From assembly GCA_963666215.2 (NCBI GenBank), contig CAXWPL010000003.1, positions 352,001 through 416,000 on the forward strand: a DNA stretch of 64,000 bases. The letters run 5' to 3'. The notes beneath the pieces are model-generated. The model did not search any database, was not told where the DNA came from, and saw only the letters and a list, made by a program, of their open reading frames with translations. Positions 20,487 through 30,139 of the stretch are shown here, piece by piece. The position numbers were made by a program, and so were the translations under genes. Source of the stretch: Acidobacteriota bacterium (GTDB lineage Bacteria; Acidobacteriota; UBA890; WLXD01). How positions within the stretch are numbered: position 1 is the stretch's first letter; each line of letters starts with the position of its first letter.

Positions 20487-20591
20487 TCGCGCTGTCGCCT
20501 CTCTCTCGCCGGCGCACCTCGTCGGCGCACTCCCGCCGGCGTAGGCCGCCGACCTCGCATGTAACGAGCGCCGCCGTCAGCTCGTCGCGGC

Positions 20592-22018
20592 TTAGCTCGC
20601 TGGCTGCTGCTGGCTGGCGCAATGCATGCCGCCACCGTAGTAGTTGATCCCCAGCGTATGGAGCTGGACGATCTCGCGGTCGGGGAACAGCTCAGCGAAG
20701 ATCTCGCGTGCCCGCTCGTCCTTCTGCCTTTGCGACTCGGGCATACCCTCCTGCCAGTATTTCGGGATCAGCACGAGCCCGTTGGTGACCAGGTAGTTGA
20801 GGTAGCTGGCGGCAGCCACCTGGTACATCGTATCGCCCGGCTTCAGGCCAGCGGCGTCGAACTCGCTCTTGCCGCGCTCGTAGCGCTCCTCGGTCAGCGT
20901 GTATTCGCGCCGCAACGGATCGACCTCGGGTAACGCGATACGAATGATCTCGAAGAGGTTGCCATCTTGGTCGGTCTGCTGCCGCAGCGCGAGCAGGTTG
21001 TTCTCCAGCACGTCGTAGTTGAGCTCGTTGACCGGGTTGTCGTGGCGTTCCGCCTCCGGCACTTCGGCAAGCAAGATCGTCGACGAACCCACAAAGCGGG
21101 CGTACTCATCGAGATGACCATTGGCTCCACCGCCCGTGTAGTTGGCCGCAATCGGGCCAGGAAGCCAGAGGTCCTCGACAAGCGGCTCGGGCACCCAGAC
21201 GATCTTGCGCTGCCCCATGACTCGCAGATATTCGGTTTCGATCTCCTCGAGCGAGTGATCCGGGTTGCGCTGCAGAGTGGTCCAGCGGGTCACCATCAAG
21301 GTGCCGCGGCCGTTGACCGTCATGCCGCCACCCTCCCGGTCGAGATCACCTCGAGGCCGAGCATGTCGGCGACGTAGCGGTCGGTGTCACCGGTCAAGCG
21401 CCGACGGCGGGCACGCTCCGAATCTTCATCATCGTCGGTCTGGCTCGCCCGGCCGTAGCTCGTCCAGCGGAAGTCGACGACCTTCGTGTCTCCGGCGCTG
21501 TTGCGCACGAACAGCGGGCCAGGGTCGCGCATCCAGAAGTAGGGCAACTCGTGGACGTGGAGCGAGACGCGACTGCCCCAGGCGCCTTCGGCGCGTAGAC
21601 GCTCCTCGGCCTCGACCGCTGCATCCTCGGACTCCACGAAGACCTCCACATCAACATGGTCGCGGAGCACACGCACCATCTCGACGGTCATCGCGTTCAT
21701 CGTTACCTTGCGCTCCGAGCTCCTGCCGCCGAGCCCCTCCCCTACCCAGGCCACCCAAACCGCATCGTGAGGCTCCCACTCCGCTGGAAAGCTATAGTGC
21801 TCGGGATCGACGACAGCCTCGGGCTCGGCGGGCGGGATTCCTTCAGAGGAGCCCGCCGGGGCGGCGCAGCCGACCGAAGCCGTCGCGGTGAGAACCACAA
21901 CCGCCAGGCCAACCGCCATCGATCGCCGACTCGCGCCCATTGCCGTCTCCATCGCCCGAGCACATCCAGAACCGCCCCAGCGCCTCAGCCCATCGGACAT
22001 CTTGTATCCCCTCGTCAA
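20592..22018 (-). pseudogene. Agmatine deiminase / peptidyl-arginine deiminase family, frameshifted
   Basis: FPAEWEPH and WMRD.GP in 21320-22018; EGGG...GHLD, SYLNY and GGMHC in another frame; frame switch near 21338. Confidence 0.85.
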
Positions 22019-22168
22019 GTCTCCAGGTCGTGCTTCAACTACATCGGCCGCACACTACACAAGATCCCCAATCACTCCAACGGGGGCCTCCCGCGCGCCG
22101 GGCTCGGCCAATCGATCGTGGCGACTCGCAAGGCCGGCGAGGCCCGCGGACGGCCTCGCGGCCACAGA

Positions 22169-22891
22169 CTAGAAGCGGGGCTCTCGCGTGAAGAGATAGC
22201 CGGCGCCGCGCACGGTGTGAAAGTGTTGCGGCCGATGCGGATCCGTCTCGAAGCGGCGCCGCAGTCTCAGGACGAAGTTGTCGATCGTGCGATCGGTGGG
22301 ATAGAAGCCCGCACCCCACACGCGGTCCAGGATCTCGTTCCGCGACACCACCTCGCCCTCACGGTCGGTCAGGAGTCGCAAGATCGCGGCTTCCTTGCTG
22401 GTGAGAAAGTGCTTGGCGCCGTCGGGACCGCGGCCGACGTAGCGCACCAAATCGACCTCGCTTTCGCCAAACGTCAGCGGCGGTGGCGGATCGGAGTCAG
22501 ACGGTCGGCTGCGCCGCAGAATCGCCGCCACGCGCAAGAGCAGCTCCTCGAGTCGGAAGGGCTTCGGCAGGTAGTCATCGCCACCCGCGGCAAGTCCCCG
22601 GATGCGATCGTCGGGATCGCTCCGGGCGGTCAGAAAAAGAACCGGCACCTCGTTGCCCGCCTGCCGCAATCTCTCGCACACCGAGAAGCCGTCGAGCCCC
22701 GGAAGCATGACGTCGAGGACGATGAGATCGAAGCGCTCGCCGGCACGCGCCAGTGCATCGATACCGTCGTGCTCCACCGCCACCGCATAGCCTTCAGCCT
22801 CGAGGTTGCTGCGGATCTCATCCGCTAGGCCGGGCTGATCCTCGACGACGAGCAGCCGGCTGGCAACGCTCTCGCCTGCGGACCGACTCAC
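22169..22891 (-). CDS. OmpR-family response regulator
   Basis: LLVVED, LDVMLP, FLTA, DDYLPKPF, TVRGAGY; GTGA overlap with the kinase stop. Confidence 0.92.
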   Translation of the reverse strand: MSRSAGESVASRLLVVEDQPGLADEIRSNLEAEGYAVAVEHDGIDALARAGERFDLIVLDVMLPGLDGFSVCERLRQAGNEVPVLFLTARSDPDDRIRGLAAGGDDYLPKPFRLEELLLRVAAILRRSRPSDSDPPPPLTFGESEVDLVRYVGRGPDGAKHFLTSKEAAILRLLTDREGEVVSRNEILDRVWGAGFYPTDRTIDNFVLRLRRRFETDPHRPQHFHTVRGAGYLFTREPRF

Positions 22892-23979
22892 GACGGTGGT
22901 GCCGCGAGCGGCCAACGAACCTCGAACGTGGCACCGTGTCCGTGACCCGGTGACGTTGCCGTGATGCCACCATCGGACAGAACGACAACTTCCCGAGCGA
23001 TGTGCAAGCCCAGGCCAGCACCGCTGCCGCCGCGGCGCAGCTCGTCCCCGGGTCGGTAGAACTTCTCGAACAGCAGATCGACATCGTCGGGATCGAAGCC
23101 GCAGCCGTTGTCGCGAACGACAACAGAGACGTCGTGCGCGCCGCGTGTCGCGTCAACCGACAAGCGGGGCTGCTCGGTCTCCAGCAGGGCCTCCAGCGCG
23201 TTGTCGAGCAGGTTGCGCATGACAGCTCGCAGCGCTTCGTCGTCGGCCATGACCCAGAGGTCGCCAGGAAGGTCGACGGAGAGATCGACTCCGGCCTCGC
23301 CGCAGTTGTCCTCCAGGTTGCGCATGACCGGTGCCAGAGCCTCCTGGAGGTGGAGCGCGGCCGGACGCAGAACGAAGCGTCCCTCGCCTAGACGGACCGT
23401 GTCGAGCAGGTTGCTGATCATCGACTCGAGCCGCAACAGGTTGCGCACGATCCGCGACGTCTTGACGCCGCGTTCTTCGGGGGCAAGGTCGTGTCGTTGT
23501 AGGCCCTCGGCCGCGAGCAGCGCCGTTGCCAATGGGCTCTTGAGCTCGTGGCTGGCCGCTGCCAAGAAGTTCTCTTGTCGCCGTCGCAGCACGGCATCCT
23601 GTTGGACCGCCCGCGCCACGACACTCACCGCGCCGAGCAGGACGAGCAGAAAGAAGCCCCCCTCCCAGCCGTATTGGTTCAATCGGTGCCAACGCTCATC
23701 TGCCTGTGCGGTGTCGCGCTGTGGATCAACAATCACGCGGCGACCGTCAACTCGAATCGCCGGCAGCACCCTCTCGACCGCCGAGGGTGTCTCTCCGAGC
23801 TCGAGAAGCCGCTCGGCGGCTCTCACCTGTTCCTGGTCCGAGCGGTCTGCGCGCTCCTCCACCAGGGCGATGAACCGCCACTGATCGAGCATCCACCAGG
23901 CTACCTGTGCCGCGCTGATGATCAGCAGCACACCGAGCCCGATGCTCAGAAAGCGAGTCGTACGGCGTTTTGTCGGCAA
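22888..23979 (-). CDS. Sensor histidine kinase (2 TM)
   Basis: SHELKSP H-box, NLLDNA, DNGCG, FEKFYR, GAGLGL. Confidence 0.92.
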   Translation of the reverse strand: MPTKRRTTRFLSIGLGVLLIISAAQVAWWMLDQWRFIALVEERADRSDQEQVRAAERLLELGETPSAVERVLPAIRVDGRRVIVDPQRDTAQADERWHRLNQYGWEGGFFLLVLLGAVSVVARAVQQDAVLRRRQENFLAAASHELKSPLATALLAAEGLQRHDLAPEERGVKTSRIVRNLLRLESMISNLLDTVRLGEGRFVLRPAALHLQEALAPVMRNLEDNCGEAGVDLSVDLPGDLWVMADDEALRAVMRNLLDNALEALLETEQPRLSVDATRGAHDVSVVVRDNGCGFDPDDVDLLFEKFYRPGDELRRGGSGAGLGLHIAREVVVLSDGGITATSPGHGHGATFEVRWPLAAPPS

Positions 23980-24071
23980 GGAGGACCTCGAACAGTTGGC
24001 CAGAGCAAGCTCTCAACGATCGCCACGATTCTAGCGGCGTCGCCTGCTCCGGCCTCGCTGCCCGCCGCCTT

Positions 24072-27065
24072 CTAGAAGCGCACCGTGGTACCCAAGCGAA
24101 TATCGCGCCCAATGCCCGGCGTCCCGAAGCGCGCATTCTCGTAGCTGCGATCGGCCAGGTTACTGATCGCCAGGTGCAGCTCCAACGGCTGCCCGGCGAC
24201 CCCAGTGGCCCAGGTTGCCTGGAAATCGTGGAGCACGTAACCCGCCGTCGCCTCGACGCCCGTCGGCACGCGATCACGATCGCCGTAGATGCGGGTGAAC
24301 CAATTGGCGCGCAGGCCGAGCTCCGGCCGGCGCCACTCGGCTCCGAGAACGAGCTTGTCGTTGGGAATCTGCAGCAACGGCTCTCCAGTGGCGTTGTCCT
24401 CGCCACGAGTCCGCGAGAACGATCCCCGCAGAACGATGTCGCGCTGCGGACTCAGGTCAACGGAGGCTTCGAATCCCGTCATCTGGGCGTCGAGGCGATT
24501 GGTCGCCTGCCACAGCTGGATCTGAGTGCCTCCGGTCACAGGAAACTCCGAAGTGAATACCGGCAGCAGCTCGATGAAGTTCTCGACGTCCGCACGCCAC
24601 AGCGAGGCACGCGCCGAAACGCGCCCACGACGGAACCTCAGGCCGCCGTCGAAGTTACGGCTGGTTTCGGCGACAAGATCCTCGTTGGGCAGAAACAGCG
24701 CCAGAAAAAAAACGTCTTGCGTCAAGGGAAAGGCGAAGTGGGTGCCCGTCAGGAAGAGCTCCTGGAAGAAGGGCGCACGGAACCCACCGCCGTAGCTGGC
24801 CGAGGCGAAGAGACCCTCACTGAGCTGGTAACTCGCCCCCAACTTGGGCGAAAGGCGATCGACCTTCTGGGAGCTGAGCTCGACAAGGTCCGGCTTGCTG
24901 TTCCAGCGGTCGTAGCGCAGGCCAGGAACCACCGACAGTCGTCCGTCGAACAGCGACAGCTCGTCTTGCACGAAGGTGCCGAGCTGCGTGCGGCTGCCCG
25001 ACGGGAAGAATGCGTGGGCATCGCCGTTGCGAACGGCGTCCTGGCGCTCCTGCACGAGCTCGAAGCCGTAGGTGACGGCGTGCGAGCCGCCCACGAGCGC
25101 CGTGTTGCGCGCATCGATGCCCCAGGTGCGGTAGCCGATGTCGTCAACGCGACCGTCGGCGATCCGGGACTCGTCGATCTTGGTCTCGTTGACGTAGACG
25201 GTGGCGTTGAGGCTGTTGTCCCACCAGTTCTCCCCTGTGCGGGTGTAGCGCGCGTTGACGCCCGCCGAGCGAGTGGCGCGGTCGATCAACTCGGCAGCGC
25301 CGACATCCATCAACGCGAGGTTCGTTGACGATCTGCCTTTCTGGCGAAAGTAGTTGCCCGAAAGGCGCAGCAGGCCGGAGCTACCGAGCGGCGTGTGCAG
25401 GCGGGCGTTGAAGTCGTTGATGTCCTCCTCGGCCTGTTCCAGATTGGACTGGACGCCGGCAATCTGAATCGAGCCGTCGTTGCGCCTGCCGGTGTAGGAG
25501 GCCATCCAGCTGAGGCCCGAGTCGGACCTACCGTAGAGACGAGGAGCGACGGTCCACTCGCCGTAGGCCGACGAGTAGGTCGAGCGCACCTGAGCGCCCA
25601 GGGTCTGGCGCGGATCGAGCAGGTCGCCCGGCGCGCGGGTGGTGATCGAGATGACGCCACCGATCGCCCCCGAGCCATACAGCGCTGAGGCCGGACCCTT
25701 GACGATCTCCACCTTCTCGATGTCATCGGTGTCGAAGAAATACGTGCCCCGGTGACCCGAGTTGAACTGCGCCACACGAGCTCCGTCGCGGAGCGTGAGG
25801 ATTCGCTGGTCGTCGAAGCCACGGATGTTGGGCGTTTGCCCGAGGCGTCGAGGCGACTCGCTCATCTCGACACCCGGCTCATAGCGCAGCACGTCATCGA
25901 GCCCACGCGCCTGCGTGCGGTCGAGATCATCGCGATCAATCACCGTCACCTCGCCAGGCACCCCGAGCGTGTCGCGCTCCGTGTGCGTTGCCGCCACCGT
26001 GATGCGCTTGGAGTAGGGCGCCAGCTGCAGCTCCACGTCGAGGTTCAACGAAGATCCAGAGGAGATCTCCACGGCCTGAGCCCAACGCCGGAAGCTGTCG
26101 ACATCGACCACCACGAGGTACGTGCCTGGACCGACCTGTTCGAAGCGAGCCAGGCCCTCCTGGTTGGTCGTACGTGAGATCACCTCGTCTCCCAATCTCA
26201 GCGAGACGGGTATCGATGGCGCCAACCGACCGTTGGGTGAGTAGACGGTCACCTCGACGATGGCTGACTGTTGCGCCTGCGCGACGGGAGCCACCGACGC
26301 CACCAGCATCACAGCGCCCACGACGGTCGCGGCTGTTCTGACCGCGGGTCGGGCCGGCGACGGCGACCGTCGTCGAACGTTGAGCCAGTAACCGGTCCAG
26401 ATCAGGAGGATTCCGATGATTTCCATGACGTACAAGACCTCCGTGCGCCCCATGCGACTGGCCGCACCGCCGATGCCCGGCAGAATTGCGCCGGATGCGA
26501 TGAACACGTTGCCGACGAACCGATCGCGGGCAACAACAGCACCGCTGCCGTCCCCCCGGGACGCGCGGTAGAAACGCCAAGCGGAGTAGATGGCTCCGCC
26601 GATCAGAAAGATCACGGCGTAGGTGTTGATGAAGGGGCTGAACGCCCGTACCCATTGCCAGGCGAACGCGCGTCCACTCGGCAGGTGGGGGTCCACCACC
26701 GCCATGTTGATGGGGCTGGCGATCACGCACGCGGCGGCGACTGTGACCACCGACACCAGAGCGATCGTCAGGCGCCGCGCTACCCGCGGTCGAAGCAGCA
26801 GCCAGACCGTTCCCTGCGCCAGCGGCGCACCCCCGAGGAGAGCCCCGACCACGTACCAGAACTTGAACATCACCGGGCTCCAGCCGAAGAGCGTGAACCA
26901 GCTCTCCGCAAAGGTCCCGAGCCCGTAGACGAGAATGCCAGCGCTCCACCAGAGCAGGTGGTTACCGCCACCCCGGTACAGGTAGCGGCGATACACCACG
27001 ACGGCAAACACGAACGAGATCACGGTCGTGGCGATCGGTAGGTAGTGAACAGCGGTGGGTTGCAT
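24072..27065 (-). CDS. Fusion: 7-TM membrane domain + internal signal peptide + heme-type TonB-dependent receptor
   Basis: Seven hydrophobic helices in aa 1-230; RRR...VVGAVMLVASVAPVAQA|QQ; plug NIRG, FNSGHRG, EIVKGPASALYGSGAIGG; FRAP...H...NEDL; C-terminal TVRF. Confidence 0.85.
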   Translation of the reverse strand: MQPTAVHYLPIATTVISFVFAVVVYRRYLYRGGGNHLLWWSAGILVYGLGTFAESWFTLFGWSPVMFKFWYVVGALLGGAPLAQGTVWLLLRPRVARRLTIALVSVVTVAAACVIASPINMAVVDPHLPSGRAFAWQWVRAFSPFINTYAVIFLIGGAIYSAWRFYRASRGDGSGAVVARDRFVGNVFIASGAILPGIGGAASRMGRTEVLYVMEIIGILLIWTGYWLNVRRRSPSPARPAVRTAATVVGAVMLVASVAPVAQAQQSAIVEVTVYSPNGRLAPSIPVSLRLGDEVISRTTNQEGLARFEQVGPGTYLVVVDVDSFRRWAQAVEISSGSSLNLDVELQLAPYSKRITVAATHTERDTLGVPGEVTVIDRDDLDRTQARGLDDVLRYEPGVEMSESPRRLGQTPNIRGFDDQRILTLRDGARVAQFNSGHRGTYFFDTDDIEKVEIVKGPASALYGSGAIGGVISITTRAPGDLLDPRQTLGAQVRSTYSSAYGEWTVAPRLYGRSDSGLSWMASYTGRRNDGSIQIAGVQSNLEQAEEDINDFNARLHTPLGSSGLLRLSGNYFRQKGRSSTNLALMDVGAAELIDRATRSAGVNARYTRTGENWWDNSLNATVYVNETKIDESRIADGRVDDIGYRTWGIDARNTALVGGSHAVTYGFELVQERQDAVRNGDAHAFFPSGSRTQLGTFVQDELSLFDGRLSVVPGLRYDRWNSKPDLVELSSQKVDRLSPKLGASYQLSEGLFASASYGGGFRAPFFQELFLTGTHFAFPLTQDVFFLALFLPNEDLVAETSRNFDGGLRFRRGRVSARASLWRADVENFIELLPVFTSEFPVTGGTQIQLWQATNRLDAQMTGFEASVDLSPQRDIVLRGSFSRTRGEDNATGEPLLQIPNDKLVLGAEWRRPELGLRANWFTRIYGDRDRVPTGVEATAGYVLHDFQATWATGVAGQPLELHLAISNLADRSYENARFGTPGIGRDIRLGTTVRF

Positions 27066-27067
27066 CG

Positions 27068-27118
27068 AGAGCTCCCTAGAACGGCGTCGTACGACGACTT
27101 CGGTTCTTTACGAGCTCT
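27068..27118 (-). promoter_or_regulatory. Imperfect inverted repeat overlapping the RBS of the fusion gene
   Basis: mRNA sense AGAGCTC-gtaa-AGAAC-cgaagt-CGTC-gtac-GACG-cc-GTTCT-agg-GAGCTCT-cg-ATG. Confidence 0.45.
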
Positions 27119-27153
27119 GATTGAACCAACGCGGCGGGGCCGCTATGTCATCC

Positions 27154-27624
27154 CTACGTCACGAGATCGGAATCTCGATCAACGCCGTCTTTCGCCGCCT
27201 CGCTGGCGTCGGTAGCGATCGTCAGCTGCGCCTCGGTGGGAGCATCGAACTCCAGCCTGATCGAGTCGCGCTGCAGCAGGAAACGGGTCCACAGCCCTAG
27301 GATCGTGCCGAAGGGAACAAACAGGCACAGGAGAACCACGGCGATACGGCAGAACCGATAACGCTGGCGACGCTGGATGAAGAAGCTGGCGCGCAGAATC
27401 GTCACCGACCACCAGATCACGAGTATCGCGAAAATCGTCGTCAGCGAAGTCGCGACCAGATCGATGAGCGCCACCAGCAGGCTCTCGGAGCCGAGAGTGC
27501 TCAGCGCGCCCAGCATCGGGCCGCACATCAGCAGGCCCATGAAGATGAAGAAGGCCCCGATCACCCGCATGACAAAGACCATGTTGCGCAGGTGACCGTG
27601 CAGACTGCTCGGTCGCAGGTTCAT
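27154..27624 (-). CDS. Small membrane protein (C-terminal PFGTILG motif)
   Basis: AAGGAG RBS before ATG 27624; 3-4 hydrophobic segments. Confidence 0.65.
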   Translation of the reverse strand: MNLRPSSLHGHLRNMVFVMRVIGAFFIFMGLLMCGPMLGALSTLGSESLLVALIDLVATSLTTIFAILVIWWSVTILRASFFIQRRQRYRFCRIAVVLLCLFVPFGTILGLWTRFLLQRDSIRLEFDAPTEAQLTIATDASEAAKDGVDRDSDLVT

Positions 27625-27698
27625 ATGAAGAGCTCCTTGGCGGTCGAGGAGACTAGACTGGCGCTTCCCGAAACCATCGAGCAACTGGCGATCTGTCC

Positions 27699-28100
27699 GT
27701 GCAACGAAACACCCTTAACCGGAAGCTAGCCGCTGCGGCAACCGTCGGCAACGCTCTCGCCCTCCTCGCCACGGCTTGTATACCCAGCGCCGACCCGGGC
27801 TCCCCGGCCGACCATTGGCCCGGATTCCTCGGGCCCACGGGGATCGCGGTAGGCCATCATCCGGACCTGCCGGAATCCTGGTCGGCGTCGCAGAACATCG
27901 AGTGGAGCGCGGAGATCCCGGGCAGGGGCTGGTCCTCGCCGGTCGTCTGGGGCGATCGAGTCTTCCTGACCGCCGAGACCAGCGAGCAGACGCTGAAGGA
28001 GCCGGGGTTCGGTGTGGACTTCGGCAACGAGTACATCGCCGAGCTCCTCGCCGAGGGGCGCAGCGAGGCCGAAGCCTCCGATATGGCCGACGCCCGCCGG
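27699..28100 (+). pseudogene. N-terminal fragment of a PQQ-like beta-propeller lipoprotein
   Basis: ATAC lipobox-like, WPGFLGP, LPESWS...NIEWSAEIPGRGWSSPVVWGDRVFLT; similarity lost after ~28100. Confidence 0.75.
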
Positions 28101-28533
28101 CACGCTGTCGCTGCTGATGGCCGATCTCGACGGCGACCATCGCCTCGACGCTGTCCACGGGCAGGGCGAGAATCCCGCGGCTATCGAGGAGAAGATCTTC
28201 CTCGGCAGCGGGCTGGATCCCGATACAGCGCCGCCTGTCGTGGCGCGAGTCGAGGCCGAGCTGAAGCCGGTCGATGGGCGCCAGGCGCTCCGGATCCGAG
28301 CCCGTGTCCATGATCGTAAGAGCCCGACGATGCCCCACGACTGGCAATCGGTGACCCTGCGCTGGGCTCAGGAGGGCAGCGAGGAGGAGATCCCGATGAC
28401 CTGGTATGGCGAATACCTGTGGTTCGCCGAGATCCGTTCCGAAAACCTTTCCGGGATCACCTACCGTGTCTGCGCCATCGACGCGGCCGGCAACCAGTCG
28501 TGCTCGAGCCCCCACTCCGCGGAAGGGACATAG
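28100..28533 (+). pseudogene. C-terminal fragment of an FG-GAP/VCBS-repeat protein
   Basis: ADLDGDHRLD, DTAPPVV, YRVCAIDAAGN in a different frame from the upstream fragment. Confidence 0.65.
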
Positions 28534-28540
28534 CACAGCT

Positions 28541-28609
28541 CACCTGGCCCATACCGCCCGCACCGAGGGGCTCGAGCAGACGGTAGGGCCCGAGGGTTTC
28601 GCGATGCAT
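28541..28609 (-). pseudogene. 23-codon remnant of a Hanks-type Ser/Thr kinase
   Basis: MHRETLGPYRLLEPLGAGGMGQV (subdomain I Gly-loop), then similarity ends. Confidence 0.7.
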
Positions 28610-28614
28610 GGGCG

Positions 28615-29181
28615 TTAGCTCTGGGTTCTTTGCGAGAAGAACAGCGTTTCGGTGACGCGAATGTCGTCCGCAGGACGCTCGGCGCTGACGCTCTCGAGCG
28701 TCTCACCGGTTTGCGGATCTTCGAAGAGGATCGTCCAGCTGCCGGGATGCGGGTTGAAGACACACTCAGGGAAGACGATGTGGTGGTGCCAGTGTCGGTC
28801 GTGAGCACTGAGCTCCGCAGCCCGTCGCATCATCGCAATGACATTCGGTGAACAGATCTCGAGCTCGAGATCCTCATCCGTTGAGGGATTCGTCGATCGG
28901 TCCGCCGGCCGGTGCCGTGACGCGAGCGGATCCACGCCGTGCACCAGAGTCGCCAGCCGGCGCCCCACCTCCATCATCGGCTCGTCGGAATAGACGACGT
29001 AGACCTCGCCGCGATCGGACGCCTCGACGACAAGCGCACACTGCGGACGGTCGTTGAGCCTGCAGTCGGTCGACAGCACATGGTTGTGCCAACGCTCACC
29101 GCTTGCCGCCAGCTCGTCACCGAGCTCGAGCAGCCGATCCACACTCACCTCGATCACGTCAAAGTCGCTGAGGGTCTTCAC
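28615..29181 (-). CDS. Hypothetical protein with duplicated WHxH...C domain
   Basis: RWHNHVLSTDC and HWHHHIVFPEC repeats; GGAG RBS before GTG 29181. Confidence 0.7.
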   Translation of the reverse strand: MKTLSDFDVIEVSVDRLLELGDELAASGERWHNHVLSTDCRLNDRPQCALVVEASDRGEVYVVYSDEPMMEVGRRLATLVHGVDPLASRHRPADRSTNPSTDEDLELEICSPNVIAMMRRAAELSAHDRHWHHHIVFPECVFNPHPGSWTILFEDPQTGETLESVSAERPADDIRVTETLFFSQRTQS

Positions 29182-29274
29182 AAAGAGCACTCCTGGCGAT
29201 TCTTCATAGAGAGCGGTCCACGCAATCGAGCCTCCCGAGTACGCGATAGCCCATCAGCCGCTGGTTGCGAGTTA

Positions 29275-30033
29275 CTACATGAATTGTCCACCGTTGACGC
29301 TGAAGCACGCTCTGGTGCTGAATTTGGCGCCCACGACACCGTCAACCATCCGCAGCAGGTCATCGAGCTCGCCAAGCCGGTTCATCGGGATACGGCCGAG
29401 CTCGACCTCCAGGCCCGATTCGGACTCCAAGTTGTACCGCTCCATGACCTCGCGCGTCTTGATCGACCCGGGAATCACGCAATTGACGCGAATGCGCGGC
29501 GCCAGCTCGAGCGCCATGCATTTGGTGAGCGCCAGGATGCCGCCCTTGGCACTGCAGAAGTTGGCGCCGTTCTCGCGACCTTCGATGCCGCAGGGAGCGG
29601 CAAAGTTGATGATCAGGCCTTCGTTGTCGGGACTATGGAAGACAAACTCCTGCGAGCAAACGAAATGGCCGCGCAAGTGGGAGGCGATAACGCTGTCCCA
29701 GTGCTCGTCGGTGAGCTCGAGGAACGGAGCGTCGCGGTTCCTACCGGCGGAGTTGATGAGCATGTCGACGCGGCCGAATTTCTCGATGACCGCATCGAAC
29801 ATCGCCCGCACCTGATTGCGATCGGCGACATCAGCCTTGCACTTGATGACCGCCGAAGATCCCGCCGGAGCGACCGCGAGCAGCTCACTCTCAGCACGCT
29901 CGCCGCGGGACTCGGAAATGTAATTGACGCACACACCGAGACCCTTGCCGGCGAAGTGCGCGGCGAGCGCGGCGCCCAGACCGCTGGAGCCGCCGGTGAT
30001 GACCACCACCTTCTCGTTGAATGTGTCGGACAC
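29275..30033 (-). CDS. SDR family oxidoreductase (atypical active site)
   Basis: TGGSSGLG, CKADV, INSAG, NFCSAK in place of YxxxK, VNCVIPG. Confidence 0.88.
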   Translation of the reverse strand: MSDTFNEKVVVITGGSSGLGAALAAHFAGKGLGVCVNYISESRGERAESELLAVAPAGSSAVIKCKADVADRNQVRAMFDAVIEKFGRVDMLINSAGRNRDAPFLELTDEHWDSVIASHLRGHFVCSQEFVFHSPDNEGLIINFAAPCGIEGRENGANFCSAKGGILALTKCMALELAPRIRVNCVIPGSIKTREVMERYNLESESGLEVELGRIPMNRLGELDDLLRMVDGVVGAKFSTRACFSVNGGQFM

Positions 30034-30139
30034 GTGCTGGCTCCTCGCGTCTGCGCGCTCACTTTTCCCAGGACGGGTCAAGCGGAGAGCCTCGAAGGGG
30101 TAGCATGCCCGGCGATACCTCTCAAGCAATCAACGCTGG

